A stretch of 41,926 nucleotides of DNA, taken from the IMG/VR virus record IMGVR_UViG_3300020045_017856, positions 1 through 41,926 of that record; one strand, 5' to 3'. Shown one piece after another: positions 1 through 10,043 of the stretch. How positions within the stretch are numbered: position 1 is the stretch's first letter; each line of letters opens with the position of its first letter. Position numbers and translations under genes: made by a program. A model generated the notes under the pieces. It saw nothing but the letters and a program-made list of their open reading frames with translations. It was not told the DNA's origin and searched no databases. Source of the DNA: a virus. Taxonomy: Duplodnaviria > Caudoviricetes.

Positions 1-109
1 CCAATCCTCTGCGTGCTGACGCTGCTCGAAAAATGCGGAAGTTGCACCAGGTGCGAATACCGCCACGGAGGTATCACGATCCACTTCAAGGTCGACTTCG
101 AAATCTCCG
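1..109. repeat. 109-bp inverted copy of 1921-2029 at the window edge
   Basis: Positions 1-109 are the exact reverse complement of 1921-2029; probably a chimera or assembly artefact. Confidence 0.9.
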
Positions 110-134
110 CTGCAGCGCACATGATCTTCGTGGC

Positions 135-665
135 ATGAACTTCAATCAGTACCGTACATACTTCAAGCACCAGGCCGAGACACACCCGTCGCTACTGCAC
201 ACCGACAGCAACCGGGTTTTCGCCGTAGTGCGCAGCGATCGTGAGTATGGCGACCTGCGCAGCAAGGTAAAGGAGAAGGACTTTGTGTTCCGTCTCCTTG
301 AGTACACCTACCAACGCAACGATGACCAGGTACCTGGGCGCAAGCGGATTCGTGGTGGCTTCCTGATCGCTAAGTTCTACAGTCAACGTGAGGGAGATGA
401 TGACACCTACTTCACAGCAATTGAGGCTGCGGAGGAGGTGATGGATGACATGATCGATAAGATGTTCCAGGATTCTCGCAACGGCCACCCGCTATTCGCC
501 TATGACTTCGATGCTACGAATGAGCTGATCGTTACCCCCGTACATTATACTGGTGATGGTAGTTATACCGGATGGGAAGTATTGTTCACCCTGCGCCCAG
601 GATGGCCAGACCGCTGCGGATCGGTGGAATGGACGGACGACGGACTAACGCCCTTACCCGCATGA
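135..665 (+). CDS. Phage protein, possibly tail terminator/neck-type
   Basis: ATG at 135 preferred because the ORF-track extension from 33 runs through the inverted duplication; ATGA overlap with next gene; tail-module context. Confidence 0.6.
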   Translation: MNFNQYRTYFKHQAETHPSLLHTDSNRVFAVVRSDREYGDLRSKVKEKDFVFRLLEYTYQRNDDQVPGRKRIRGGFLIAKFYSQREGDDDTYFTAIEAAEEVMDDMIDKMFQDSRNGHPLFAYDFDATNELIVTPVHYTGDGSYTGWEVLFTLRPGWPDRCGSVEWTDDGLTPLPA

Positions 666-2344
666 TTACCATCTCCGAATCGCCCTACGACGTACACACC
701 ACTGGCAACCCTGCCGTATGGACCATCATGGCCAGTGATGCCGATAGCATACCATTTTACTGGAAAGGTGTACGCTCTGAGCTGGCCACCACTGGCCCCG
801 CCAATCTACCCAATGGTACCGACCTGACAATCGCGTGGAGTGAACCAAGGTTCGGGCCTACTATTTCTATTACATTCACAGCGGTCACATCGCCAACGTC
901 TGACATCCTGGAGATACCCGCTAACCCCGCTGATTACGCCAGCTATGCTGCATACTGGCAGGCAGTGGCCGACAAGATCCAGGCGCACCCGAAAGTCTTC
1001 CCGTTTCTGAAAGCCTACGCTGAAGACCGTGGTGTAGGCGTTAGCTTATGGCTGGAAGCCATGGAGTACGACGATGAGTGGAGCGTCACCATCACCGACC
1101 CGAGTGTGGCCAGCATCGCCGTGATTGCCCACGACGAAATCGAAACAAATTTTCCCTCGAATTATAAGGTCTCCGCCGAAGTCATGGTGGAAACCGAATT
1201 CGATGGCACATACACCCGAGCCGCCATTTTGGAGGTTATTCCGGGAACCGATTCAAAAGCGCGTTTCAACGTCGCGGATGTACTACATGCCTACATCCGC
1301 GACAGCCTGACGGATCCGCTTGTACCGGCATGGGATGCCGATGCTCCATTTACGACCGATACTGTCCGGCACTACTACCTGCGCATATGGGAAGACATTG
1401 GCGAGGTGAGCGCGGATTACGATACTTACCTGGAGTCGGATCCGCACATTGCGGTGTTGGGGGGGGTTGCATCGAGCATTGCCGCCGATATGGATTTTTT
1501 CGGCGCGCTGGATGTGGATCGCCCTATCCTCAGCTGGTTTCCCGATGGTAAAACGATCGACGAAGTCAGTCCGGAGTGGCTGCCCTGGTACAACTACAAA
1601 ACCGAAGACGCCACCCCTGGCATCGAATGGATCGTGTACTACACCGATGGCTCCACAGAAACCAATACCCAATACCTCGAAGACATCATCGTGGCCCCGT
1701 CAGAAATTGTCCTTTTCCCGATCTCTTACCGGTTACTAGATGTGCTGGTATTTTCGCCCCTGCTGTATAAGGTAGAAATCCGAGTAGTTGATGGCTCCGA
1801 TGTATCCTACACCGCCGCTTCACCTTGGCGGACATACATGGTCGATCACAACTATTACGAGTCTGTGCGCTACCTGATGTACCTCAACGGCTTTCACCTT
1901 CCCATGTGCCTCATTTGCAACGGAGATTTCGAAGTCGACCTTGAAGTGGATCGTGATACCTCCGTGGCGGTATTCGCACCTGGTGCAACTTCCGCATTTT
2001 TCGAGCAGCGTCAGCACGCAGAGGATTGGACAAATGTTTTCACCTACAATACCCCATACCTCCGCTCGCTGGAAGCAGATGCGCTGCGTGAGCTACTCAT
2101 CTACGGGAAGCTCTACGAAGTAAGCGAATACGGCTACATCCCGCTCCTGCTGCGCGGAAAATCCTTTCGACTTACCACTACCCGAAACAACCTGAACGCA
2201 TTCAGTATTGAGGCCGAACCCGCATTGCTGAGCCGCTTCTACAGCACCATCATGATCCCTACTACCGATGAAGGCGCGGCCTGGTTAACTGATTTGGAAA
2301 ACTACTGGGCAACCGAGCTGGCATTGCCCTGGCAACTCCCTTAA
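662..2344 (+). CDS. Phage tail/baseplate structural protein
   Basis: Acidic protein starting at an ATGA overlap; tail-module position; C-terminal WLTDLENYWATE-type short motif of the kind seen on fibre-anchoring proteins. Confidence 0.6.
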   Translation: MITISESPYDVHTTGNPAVWTIMASDADSIPFYWKGVRSELATTGPANLPNGTDLTIAWSEPRFGPTISITFTAVTSPTSDILEIPANPADYASYAAYWQAVADKIQAHPKVFPFLKAYAEDRGVGVSLWLEAMEYDDEWSVTITDPSVASIAVIAHDEIETNFPSNYKVSAEVMVETEFDGTYTRAAILEVIPGTDSKARFNVADVLHAYIRDSLTDPLVPAWDADAPFTTDTVRHYYLRIWEDIGEVSADYDTYLESDPHIAVLGGVASSIAADMDFFGALDVDRPILSWFPDGKTIDEVSPEWLPWYNYKTEDATPGIEWIVYYTDGSTETNTQYLEDIIVAPSEIVLFPISYRLLDVLVFSPLLYKVEIRVVDGSDVSYTAASPWRTYMVDHNYYESVRYLMYLNGFHLPMCLICNGDFEVDLEVDRDTSVAVFAPGATSAFFEQRQHAEDWTNVFTYNTPYLRSLEADALRELLIYGKLYEVSEYGYIPLLLRGKSFRLTTTRNNLNAFSIEAEPALLSRFYSTIMIPTTDEGAAWLTDLENYWATELALPWQLP

Positions 2345-2347
2345 TCC

Positions 2348-2635
2348 ATGGTCGGCACCAAAGTTCATCTTTTCCCCGTCATTCCATCCCTAACCAGGGA
2401 GACGCAGCTATACACCCAGCGCCGCAGTGCAGCGGAGGCTCCGGATAATTTCCGCTTCACGGTGGGTGATGTGATCGATTTTATTGTCGATGAAGGCTAC
2501 GTGATGATTATGGGCACTTATCCCGACGATGAAACCGCCAGCGCCGATGGCGTACAGCTTGATGAAGTATACGAACTAACTGCTGACAACATCTGGGCAC
2601 TTCCAGAAGGAGTCTTAAAACGCTGCAAAGTATGA
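2348..2635 (+). CDS. Small tail/fibre-associated protein
   Basis: 95 aa; C-terminal YPDDETASADGV...Y...GVLK motif resembles short fibre-end motifs; ATGA overlap with next gene. Confidence 0.5.
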   Translation: MVGTKVHLFPVIPSLTRETQLYTQRRSAAEAPDNFRFTVGDVIDFIVDEGYVMIMGTYPDDETASADGVQLDEVYELTADNIWALPEGVLKRCKV

Positions 2636-5097
2636 TCACCCGCATCCTCCTCTTCCTCCTTTTCCTCCCCACCCTCGCCTTTGGCCAAATCTACGGCACA
2701 GGCGTAGGCTACGTGACTGGCACGCCGACCCACACGCCCAACATCGCCCAAAAAGGCTCCGAAATTTGTATCTCCATCAACAACAAAATAGGCTACATAT
2801 GGAACCGTGATTCTTTAGAGTGGAAGCCTTTCGCAGCAATGACTGTTACTTTCGGCGCGCCTACCGCCGCGCCCGGCATAGGAGAGACCCGCACCGCAAT
2901 AAACATGCAAACCGGCCTCCTCTACTGGTGGAACGGCACAGCCTGGAAAGAGCTAATCGCCTACTCTGTAGAGCTTGCCAGCGCCTACGCCAGCGCCGTG
3001 GCTGAGCTATACGCCAACCAGGTGCGCGACGAACTCGCCGACAGCATGGTGGTAGCTCGGGAGTACGCGGATTCGCTCCATCTCGCGGATAATGATAGAG
3101 ATAGTACGAATGAGTTGCAGACTCCTTTTTTCGACGCAGGTAGCTCTGTACTTTATCTTTTCCCTGGCACCGGTTTTACAAGCCTCGCGCCGCTTGTTGC
3201 GAGTCTAGTTGCAGGGAGTGGCACACCTGGCTATATCCCAAAATGGAACGTAGGTGGCGTATCGATCGGAGATTCGAGAATTTATGATAGCGGAACAAAT
3301 CTAGGGATTGGCACAGCATCCCCGGCATACTTCCTAGACCTGAATTCGACAGGGGCAATACGACTGCCCAGAGGTACCGATGCCCAGCGCCCAGTTGGAG
3401 CTGAGGCAGTTTTTCGATATGGGCAAACTTACGGTCCCGAGTGGTACGATAATGTTGGATTGTGGAACAAGGTAATGGCCAGCAGCATCACGAAGGGCAC
3501 GCCCGCAAATGTGCCGCACATAAACAATAGTGGACAACTTGCTGAGTCTGGTCGAATTCGGTGGAATGGTGTACAAACAGATATTTACGGGTCAACAAAC
3601 GCCTATACAACGGCTACAAAATCGTTTAGGGTTCTGGCTCTTAACGGCGTAGAAATGTTCTATGTGAATGACAATGGATTTGCCGGCAATTCTTCATTTT
3701 CTGCTGGTAATAATGGATTTACAATGGGGGGAGGAACTGGATTTCCTGCCTTTAATGTGTGGAGTGGGGCCGGTGTTGCTGAGTTATTTCAGCATGAGAC
3801 TTCAGGAACAATTTCATTTGCGGATAATTCTTATACTAATATACGAGTGTTCCACTCCGCCGCGTCATTCAACGCCGCGAAAACAATGAGCTTGTGGGGT
3901 AGGTTAAGTATTGGGAAAACTACCCCTAGTTACGATTTTGACATTACAAGTACAAACGCTTACGGCATCCCACGCGGGACAGTATCGCAACGCCCCACAA
4001 TCGCAGCATCTACAACTCCTTTGCGATACAATACAGATAGCCTAGCCCTAGAATTTGGGGAGAGCGTTGGAATTTGGGACCTCATTGCTACTCGGGCCTA
4101 TGCCCGTTCCCTTATTTCAGCATTGCCTTCAACGAATATCTACACGGCAAATGGGACATTAAGCGGGAATAGGACATTAACGGGTGCGAATTACAGCCTT
4201 AACTTAGACAATATTTCGGCATTTAATCTTGTGTCTGGGGGGGTCACTCCAGCAAGTACAATAACTTCAGACGTTTACTGGAGCCAAAAGCAATACTACA
4301 ATCAAGCTAAGACCAGATACTTTCAAAAATACCACAGTACAGACACCCGCACCTCTACAGCGGATGGTAACCCCAATTTTATAGATATTTTTGAAGTTGA
4401 TTTAGGTGGGATTACCGGGTTTGAGTGGGGAAATGCAACTAGCTTCGATACCATAAATGCTATTTTTTATTACAAATTTGGGGGTAGATATGCAAGTTCT
4501 TTTCTTAAGTTTGGAGGAAATCGGCCACCTTCTGGTACAGCCAATATTTTGACCCCATTATTCGATTTCAACAATAATTTAGTAGGGAATGGCACCGCAA
4601 GTAGTCCGCATACCTCTTTTCGTATAGGTACGGATACGTTATTGAACATTAAGGGAAATGGCGCAATTGAGGTTAAAAAATATGGAAACGGTGACATGGA
4701 ATCTACCGATCTCGGGTTTTTACCCCCTGTCTATATAGCAGCTTTTGCCCCAGCTGACACAGGACAAGGTACGTTTCTAGACCTCAACATCGATACCCTC
4801 GCAAAATCCGAAAAATACTACACCCTAACCTCTACCTCATCCCCACAAACCCTATCCAACGACTTTTCCGACAACCTCATCAACCAAGGCGGCACCCAAG
4901 CTACCTTCACACTTAATTTTCCCGCATCCCCCGTAGACGGGCAAATTCTTACCATCACCTACAACAACAACATTACCGACCTGACCCTCGACGGGAATGG
5001 AAATACCATAGTGGGCAGCGCCGTAATAACCGGTGTCCCAGGATCACAACGCAAATTCAAATTTTACACCGGCATCGGCTGGATCAAAATCTATTAA
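2632..5097 (+). CDS. Tail-fibre/adhesin-like protein with N-terminal signal peptide
   Basis: MITRILLFLLFLPTLAFG|Q signal peptide; G/T/S/N-rich; two repeats of the type GIGTASP..LD...GAIRLPRGT..QRP; DNDRDSTNELQ and NIYTANGTLSGNRT motifs. Confidence 0.7.
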   Translation: MITRILLFLLFLPTLAFGQIYGTGVGYVTGTPTHTPNIAQKGSEICISINNKIGYIWNRDSLEWKPFAAMTVTFGAPTAAPGIGETRTAINMQTGLLYWWNGTAWKELIAYSVELASAYASAVAELYANQVRDELADSMVVAREYADSLHLADNDRDSTNELQTPFFDAGSSVLYLFPGTGFTSLAPLVASLVAGSGTPGYIPKWNVGGVSIGDSRIYDSGTNLGIGTASPAYFLDLNSTGAIRLPRGTDAQRPVGAEAVFRYGQTYGPEWYDNVGLWNKVMASSITKGTPANVPHINNSGQLAESGRIRWNGVQTDIYGSTNAYTTATKSFRVLALNGVEMFYVNDNGFAGNSSFSAGNNGFTMGGGTGFPAFNVWSGAGVAELFQHETSGTISFADNSYTNIRVFHSAASFNAAKTMSLWGRLSIGKTTPSYDFDITSTNAYGIPRGTVSQRPTIAASTTPLRYNTDSLALEFGESVGIWDLIATRAYARSLISALPSTNIYTANGTLSGNRTLTGANYSLNLDNISAFNLVSGGVTPASTITSDVYWSQKQYYNQAKTRYFQKYHSTDTRTSTADGNPNFIDIFEVDLGGITGFEWGNATSFDTINAIFYYKFGGRYASSFLKFGGNRPPSGTANILTPLFDFNNNLVGNGTASSPHTSFRIGTDTLLNIKGNGAIEVKKYGNGDMESTDLGFLPPVYIAAFAPADTGQGTFLDLNIDTLAKSEKYYTLTSTSSPQTLSNDFSDNLINQGGTQATFTLNFPASPVDGQILTITYNNNITDLTLDGNGNTIVGSAVITGVPGSQRKFKFYTGIGWIKIY

Positions 5098-5102
5098 CCA
5101 AT

Positions 5103-5819
5103 ATGAAATCCAACATCATCACCACCATCTGCCTTCTCATTACCATCCCCCTCAGCGCCCAAATCGACCTACCCCAAGGCTGCGTCGCTGAGTACGACTC
5201 CACCTACATCACCAAGGGCAAAAACCGCAATAAGCAGCAGTTTGGCCCCGCCGATTCCATCTACTACCTCACCCGCGAGTACCTCTGCGCCGATGGCCGC
5301 GAAGGAGCGCCGAAAGTCCCCATCGGAGACAGTGCCACCGTGCTCAACAACCTAAAGCGCAATGCCATCGACCTCTCCCGCCAATGGGCCGCCAGCGTTG
5401 TAATCAGCACCCTCAAGAACGAAGCCGTAATCAACCCCGTGCGCACCATGAACCGCACCGCGCAAAGCCTGTTCAACGTCAACCTCTACGCCGAAATCGC
5501 CGGGCTATTTCAAGATTCCCTTATCATCGGAGACTATACCCTCAAGCCCGAAACCGGAGACCCCATCCCCGCTACCATCACCAAGAACGCCCAGGGGCAA
5601 CTACGCCTCCGCTGGGGAACCAACAACACGAAGCAGGTCATCGTCCTCTCTGACGTACACATGCGCATACTCAACTACACCACCGGGAAAGACATCGACC
5701 TGGTGCGGCGTAATGACACGACGCCGAAGTGGAACTCCGACGTGACTACCATCACCTTGGTCAACAAAAAACTACAGGCAGTACAGCAAGCCCAGGCTTC
5801 CACCATCAAAAACAAATAG
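5103..5819 (+). CDS. Secreted protein (Sec signal peptide), function unknown
   Basis: MKSNIITTICLLITIPLSA|Q; 238 aa; directly after the fibre gene. Confidence 0.7.
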   Translation: MKSNIITTICLLITIPLSAQIDLPQGCVAEYDSTYITKGKNRNKQQFGPADSIYYLTREYLCADGREGAPKVPIGDSATVLNNLKRNAIDLSRQWAASVVISTLKNEAVINPVRTMNRTAQSLFNVNLYAEIAGLFQDSLIIGDYTLKPETGDPIPATITKNAQGQLRLRWGTNNTKQVIVLSDVHMRILNYTTGKDIDLVRRNDTTPKWNSDVTTITLVNKKLQAVQQAQASTIKNK

Positions 5820-5821
5820 GT

Positions 5822-6061
5822 ATGCTGTATTACCTCACCATCACCTACTATCTATTCACCGCCACCCCCACCGAAAACCCCACCATCTTCACCGTCACCG
5901 CCCGTGAAGTAACCGATACTCGCCTCCTTCTCAACCGCGAGGAGGCCTACACGCAGTACTACAAGGAACTCGCGCTCCGCCCCTACAAGCGCGAGTACCT
6001 CCGCGTAGAACTCGACAGCGCCACCATTTGCCCCATTCCAAGCACCAAAAAAAAGAAGTAG
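5822..6061 (+). CDS. Small hypothetical protein
   Basis: ATG at 5822 fills the gap between neighbouring genes; hydrophobic/aromatic N-terminus. Confidence 0.55.
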   Translation: MLYYLTITYYLFTATPTENPTIFTVTAREVTDTRLLLNREEAYTQYYKELALRPYKREYLRVELDSATICPIPSTKKKK

Positions 6062-6064
6062 CCC

Positions 6065-8002
6065 ATGCTCCAGCTCCGCACCCTTGCGCCCGAATACTTC
6101 GACCTCGACCCCCGCACCTCTCTCAACATCACGATGAAGGCGCCCATCTTTGATCCCGAAGGCATCGAACGCATTTTTAGCTATCCGTTTGTGCTGCCGG
6201 ATACGCCCAAAAACGTGCGTTTGCTCAAAGCTGCCCAACGCCTCGATGCGCGAATCAATACCACCAAAATCGATGTAGAGATCCTACTCGAAGGCCAGGT
6301 CTTCCACCGAGGTTTTTTGCGCATCACTGGCCGCCAGAACAACGGCATCGAGGTGAGTTTTAAAAACAAATCCCTCGACCTGGCTGAAACCTTGGGTAAA
6401 ATTCGCTTGCGCGACATCTCAAATATTGAGACGGTCACCGATCCGTTTTGCCCCCAGCTCATCATTGCGCTGGTATACCCTATACTTACACCTATTACCA
6501 CCAACATTGCCCTGCAAATCAATACCAATGTATACATCTACACCATAATCCAGCTCGATGACCTAATAGCTGCCATCGAAGCCGACTACCCAGGTATTGC
6601 CTCCGAACCCGTACTCGGGCAAGCGCCCAATGAGCTACTCATTTTGTTTAGTTGTCCACCCAACCCTGGCGAGTTCAATATCTACATCCGGCCAGCTGTA
6701 CCGGATCCGCCCAATACCCTTTTCTTCAACGTTTTTGCCAGCGACTACGAGGATGAAGCCGACCGCATCACCACCGATTGGGCTACCTTTCTTGCTGCCG
6801 AAGGCTCAGCCAAAAGCAAGTACCCAGTCGTTTTTGCCCCTAACCTCTATGATGGGAAGAACACTAAGTTCAGCCGTTACGCCAACTACGTAGATGCCGA
6901 TGGTGTACATCCCGCTACCGGTAGCGACAACACCAATGATGCCGTATTGGCTAATGATCCAGGTGGATCGCCTTATTATTCCTATAGCCTCAGCCAATGG
7001 CCACACACGCTATTGCCGTTCCCTGTGCTGCGTAGTGTGTTGGATGCAATCATCCCTTTGGTTGGAGCGGTAAGCCTCACTGGAACCTTCGTAGATGACG
7101 CCGAAATTGCCGACTTGATTCTGTGGAACAACACTGCTATAGATCGAGTGATTAGTGCAGAAGAATACATTGTCGATTTTCCAGCGACAAATGAATCCCA
7201 CATCTATGAGCCAGAATTTGACCTAAAAGACCTAATGCCCGACATCTCTGCCATGGACCTGCTCAAGGGCTTGATCAGCATGTTTTGCTTGTACATTCGC
7301 TACGAGCAAGGCAAAATCATCATCAATCCATGTCGGGATGCGCTCACCGCTAAGCCCGAAGAGTGGACGGCTTACGCTGAGCCGAGCTATAACCAGGACA
7401 TTCCAGAAAGTGTAGCCTACACCCTCGATTACAACCGCCAAGGTGATGACACCAACCTCGTAGGTCAGCTGCAGCGCGTAAACGGTGGCACTGATGCTCA
7501 GGACTTCATCAGTCAGCCTTTTACACTGCATTATCGCCTCGAAACCGATCCTCTTGACACCGATCGTGCTTGGAATATCCCCATCATCTCCGAAAAAGGC
7601 ACCTCCAGCTATTACAAAATTGCCAACAAGGCGAGCTTTAGGCTCCTTTTTTACAGAGGAATGCAGCCCGACTCAGGTGGCAACGATTACCCCTTCGCTT
7701 CACACTCGAACCTAAACTTACAAGGCGAATCCGTAGGCAACTACTCCCTCGACTGGCAAGGCCCCAACGGCCTCTACGAAAAATGGTGGAAGGAATACAT
7801 CCACCTCCGCACCCATGGCCGCCCACTGAAAATGCGCTTTCGCCTCAGCGTTGACCAGCTTATCGATCTGTCACGCTGGCGCAAAGGCTCCAAGGTCATC
7901 TATACCGAGTTTGGCCAGGTCACTGGCATCATTCAATCCATCCAGTTTCGAGCCACTCCGCGCGGCGTCAGCATTGCCGACGTAGAACTCATTACCCTCT
8001 AA
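6065..8002 (+). CDS. Phage tail protein (baseplate hub/tail-tip-like)
   Basis: 645 aa; N-terminal FSYPFVLPDTPKN and central LMPDISAMDLLKGLISMFCL motifs resemble Bacteroidota phage tail proteins. Confidence 0.65.
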   Translation: MLQLRTLAPEYFDLDPRTSLNITMKAPIFDPEGIERIFSYPFVLPDTPKNVRLLKAAQRLDARINTTKIDVEILLEGQVFHRGFLRITGRQNNGIEVSFKNKSLDLAETLGKIRLRDISNIETVTDPFCPQLIIALVYPILTPITTNIALQINTNVYIYTIIQLDDLIAAIEADYPGIASEPVLGQAPNELLILFSCPPNPGEFNIYIRPAVPDPPNTLFFNVFASDYEDEADRITTDWATFLAAEGSAKSKYPVVFAPNLYDGKNTKFSRYANYVDADGVHPATGSDNTNDAVLANDPGGSPYYSYSLSQWPHTLLPFPVLRSVLDAIIPLVGAVSLTGTFVDDAEIADLILWNNTAIDRVISAEEYIVDFPATNESHIYEPEFDLKDLMPDISAMDLLKGLISMFCLYIRYEQGKIIINPCRDALTAKPEEWTAYAEPSYNQDIPESVAYTLDYNRQGDDTNLVGQLQRVNGGTDAQDFISQPFTLHYRLETDPLDTDRAWNIPIISEKGTSSYYKIANKASFRLLFYRGMQPDSGGNDYPFASHSNLNLQGESVGNYSLDWQGPNGLYEKWWKEYIHLRTHGRPLKMRFRLSVDQLIDLSRWRKGSKVIYTEFGQVTGIIQSIQFRATPRGVSIADVELITL

Positions 8003-8015
8003 AAACCACACGCAC

Positions 8016-8648
8016 ATGAATGCCTTCATTATCTCCTTCCTGCTCCCCTTCCTGCACCGCGCCGCCTCCGGAGCCAAAAACGGCGCAGGCTACGCCAACA
8101 ATTTTACCCTGGCTTGGGTGGCGGTACTCAACATGGCCTTACTATCTTTTGTACTATATGATTTCGCCCCTGCTGATGGGCAAAGCCTCATTACTGCCAT
8201 CGCCGCTGCTGGCTCCGTGCTCAGCAGCGTTGCGGTGGTGCTCAGCTACCCCCGGTACCAGGTACTGCCCGGCAAGTGGAACGACATCCACTTCTGGGAA
8301 CTCTGGACCACCGGATTTTTCACGGCGGCCGCCCTCCTTGCCAACGCCAATATTTTCCTCGTCATATGCAGCGTATACCCTGGACTCATCCTGCATAAAG
8401 GCTTCGTAAACCTCGGCGGCAATCACCCCTTTCTATACTCCGGCACCGACGATCCTACGGGCAATACCTTCAGCATTCCCCTCCTGGGCTGGAAGATCCC
8501 GCGCCTGGGTACCACTGGCCGACTCATCCTGGCCGGGCTTAGCCTGGTGGCCATACCCTGGGCCATCATGTGGAGCATCACCCTGGCCGAATTGCTCCAG
8601 GTGCTCCTCGTGATCATCTCCGCCATCATCATCAACTGGCTGCTATGA
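8016..8648 (+). CDS. Multi-pass membrane protein
   Basis: 210 aa with several hydrophobic segments. Confidence 0.7.
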   Translation: MNAFIISFLLPFLHRAASGAKNGAGYANNFTLAWVAVLNMALLSFVLYDFAPADGQSLITAIAAAGSVLSSVAVVLSYPRYQVLPGKWNDIHFWELWTTGFFTAAALLANANIFLVICSVYPGLILHKGFVNLGGNHPFLYSGTDDPTGNTFSIPLLGWKIPRLGTTGRLILAGLSLVAIPWAIMWSITLAELLQVLLVIISAIIINWLL

Positions 8649-9034
8649 GCAACCTGCTGCCCGCCACGCATACCTTCTTTGTTGGCCAAACGCTCCTGGT
8701 GCAAGACCAGGCCAGTGGCCAAACATATGAGGCCTACATCAAGCTCGTCACGCCCAAACATATCCTCATCGCTTGGCCACACCGCAACGGATTTGAGGAA
8801 TGGCAGGAGCTGCGCACCGTACTCTGGGGCTACACCATACTCGAAGACATCACCGCGCACCTGGTGCAATCCAGCCCCGTGCAGGAGCTAAAGCCCATCA
8901 TCGACAACCTCGCCGAATTTGACAGCGAGGATCTGCGCAAACACCTGGTCAAAATTTACACGGCCACCACCGGCCACAACCCTTGGAAAAATGAATCCAA
9001 ACCCGACGACAGCGGAAACCACCGCGCCGATTAA
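8645..9034 (+). CDS. Hypothetical protein
   Basis: ATG at 8645 in ATGA overlap with upstream stop. Confidence 0.6.
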   Translation: MSNLLPATHTFFVGQTLLVQDQASGQTYEAYIKLVTPKHILIAWPHRNGFEEWQELRTVLWGYTILEDITAHLVQSSPVQELKPIIDNLAEFDSEDLRKHLVKIYTATTGHNPWKNESKPDDSGNHRAD

Positions 9035-9941
9035 CCTGCACCTGGTGCAACCCAGCTGGAACGAGCTGAGCCTGCGCCAGCTCATCACCATCTTCCAGAT
9101 CCTCACCTGCCGCCGCCCGCTCATGGTCGATACCCTGGCCATGGACCAGGCACGGCGCATCAAGGTGTTCGAAGTGCTGCACCCTGCGCTGCCTAAGGAT
9201 TGGCTAAACAGCTTCACGGATCCGGAGGATGAAGACGAAGACCTCATCCTCAAATCTACCCTCAATCACGCCCTGGATCACAGCCTGGGCAAACTCTTCA
9301 TCCCGCACGAAACGCAGGCCGACCGCTACCGCCTTACCCTGGAGCTTACCCGCTGCCCCTACCCCAAGCTGCTGCACACCAAGCCCTCGAACAAAGGCAA
9401 GCCCGGCGAAAAAGCCGCTTACTACGCCCCCGCCGACGCCCTGGGCAACATCACCATCTACGAGCTGAGCGTCATCTTTTCCGACCTGGAAGACTACATC
9501 CGCTCCAACGATGAGACCAGGCTAAGTTCCTGCCTCGCCGTCATCTACCGCAACCCCAAACCCAAAACTCCCCACAACTTGGAGGCGGCTTACGAAGGCG
9601 ACATCCGCCTGCCTTATCGCCGCTACGAGTCTACTGTATCCCGCCGCGAGCCGCATATGCAGCAGCTTAGCCCCGTCATCCGGCAGCTGCTGGCGTTCTG
9701 GCTGGCCAGTTGCCGCGCACACATCATCTCAAACTACAAGAAGGCATTCGAACGCCCGGAAGATTCAAGCCCCTGGGCGCTGGCTGGCCAGAAGGTGGGG
9801 AATGACTACAGCTGGGGTGGCGTACTCCTCAGCCTGGCCGGTGGTCCCGCGCAGTTGGAAGCCGTAGCCGATCAACATTATGGGAACGCACTGACGTATC
9901 TGTGCATGCTGGAGGACCAGCGGCAGGCTGCGATGAAATAA
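8991..9941 (+). CDS. Conserved phage protein, possible tail assembly chaperone
   Basis: ATG at 8991; PSWNELSLRQL N-terminal motif recalls Bacteroidota prophage proteins near tail genes. Confidence 0.55.
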   Translation: MNPNPTTAETTAPINLHLVQPSWNELSLRQLITIFQILTCRRPLMVDTLAMDQARRIKVFEVLHPALPKDWLNSFTDPEDEDEDLILKSTLNHALDHSLGKLFIPHETQADRYRLTLELTRCPYPKLLHTKPSNKGKPGEKAAYYAPADALGNITIYELSVIFSDLEDYIRSNDETRLSSCLAVIYRNPKPKTPHNLEAAYEGDIRLPYRRYESTVSRREPHMQQLSPVIRQLLAFWLASCRAHIISNYKKAFERPEDSSPWALAGQKVGNDYSWGGVLLSLAGGPAQLEAVADQHYGNALTYLCMLEDQRQAAMK

Positions 9942-9987
9942 GCCATCTCAAAAAAATGTAGCCTATTTGCATTTTTGAAAACGCCCC

Positions 9988-10023
9988 TGTCCTTTCCACT
10001 CTTTTTGAGCCGGCCTATTTTTG
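9988..10023 (+). promoter_or_regulatory. Putative phage late promoter (TGTCCTT...TATTTTTG)
   Basis: One of five copies with 34-35 bp from the first T to the G of TTG. Confidence 0.6.
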
Positions 10024-10043
10024 CCTCAACCAAACCAACCATC

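Noticed and set aside
33-134. N-terminal extension of ORF 33-665
   Set aside because: Mostly derived from the inverted duplicate of 1921-2029; ATG 135 is the plausible start
2632-8002. Diversity-generating retroelement acting on tail/fibre genes
   Set aside because: No reverse transcriptase ORF and no adenine-mismatched TR/VR pair noticed; the only long repeat found is exact and inverted
8645-9941. Tail-chaperone-type -1 frameshift between the overlapping ORFs near TGGAAAAAT
   Set aside because: The downstream ORF is in the +1 frame and has its own ATG at 8991
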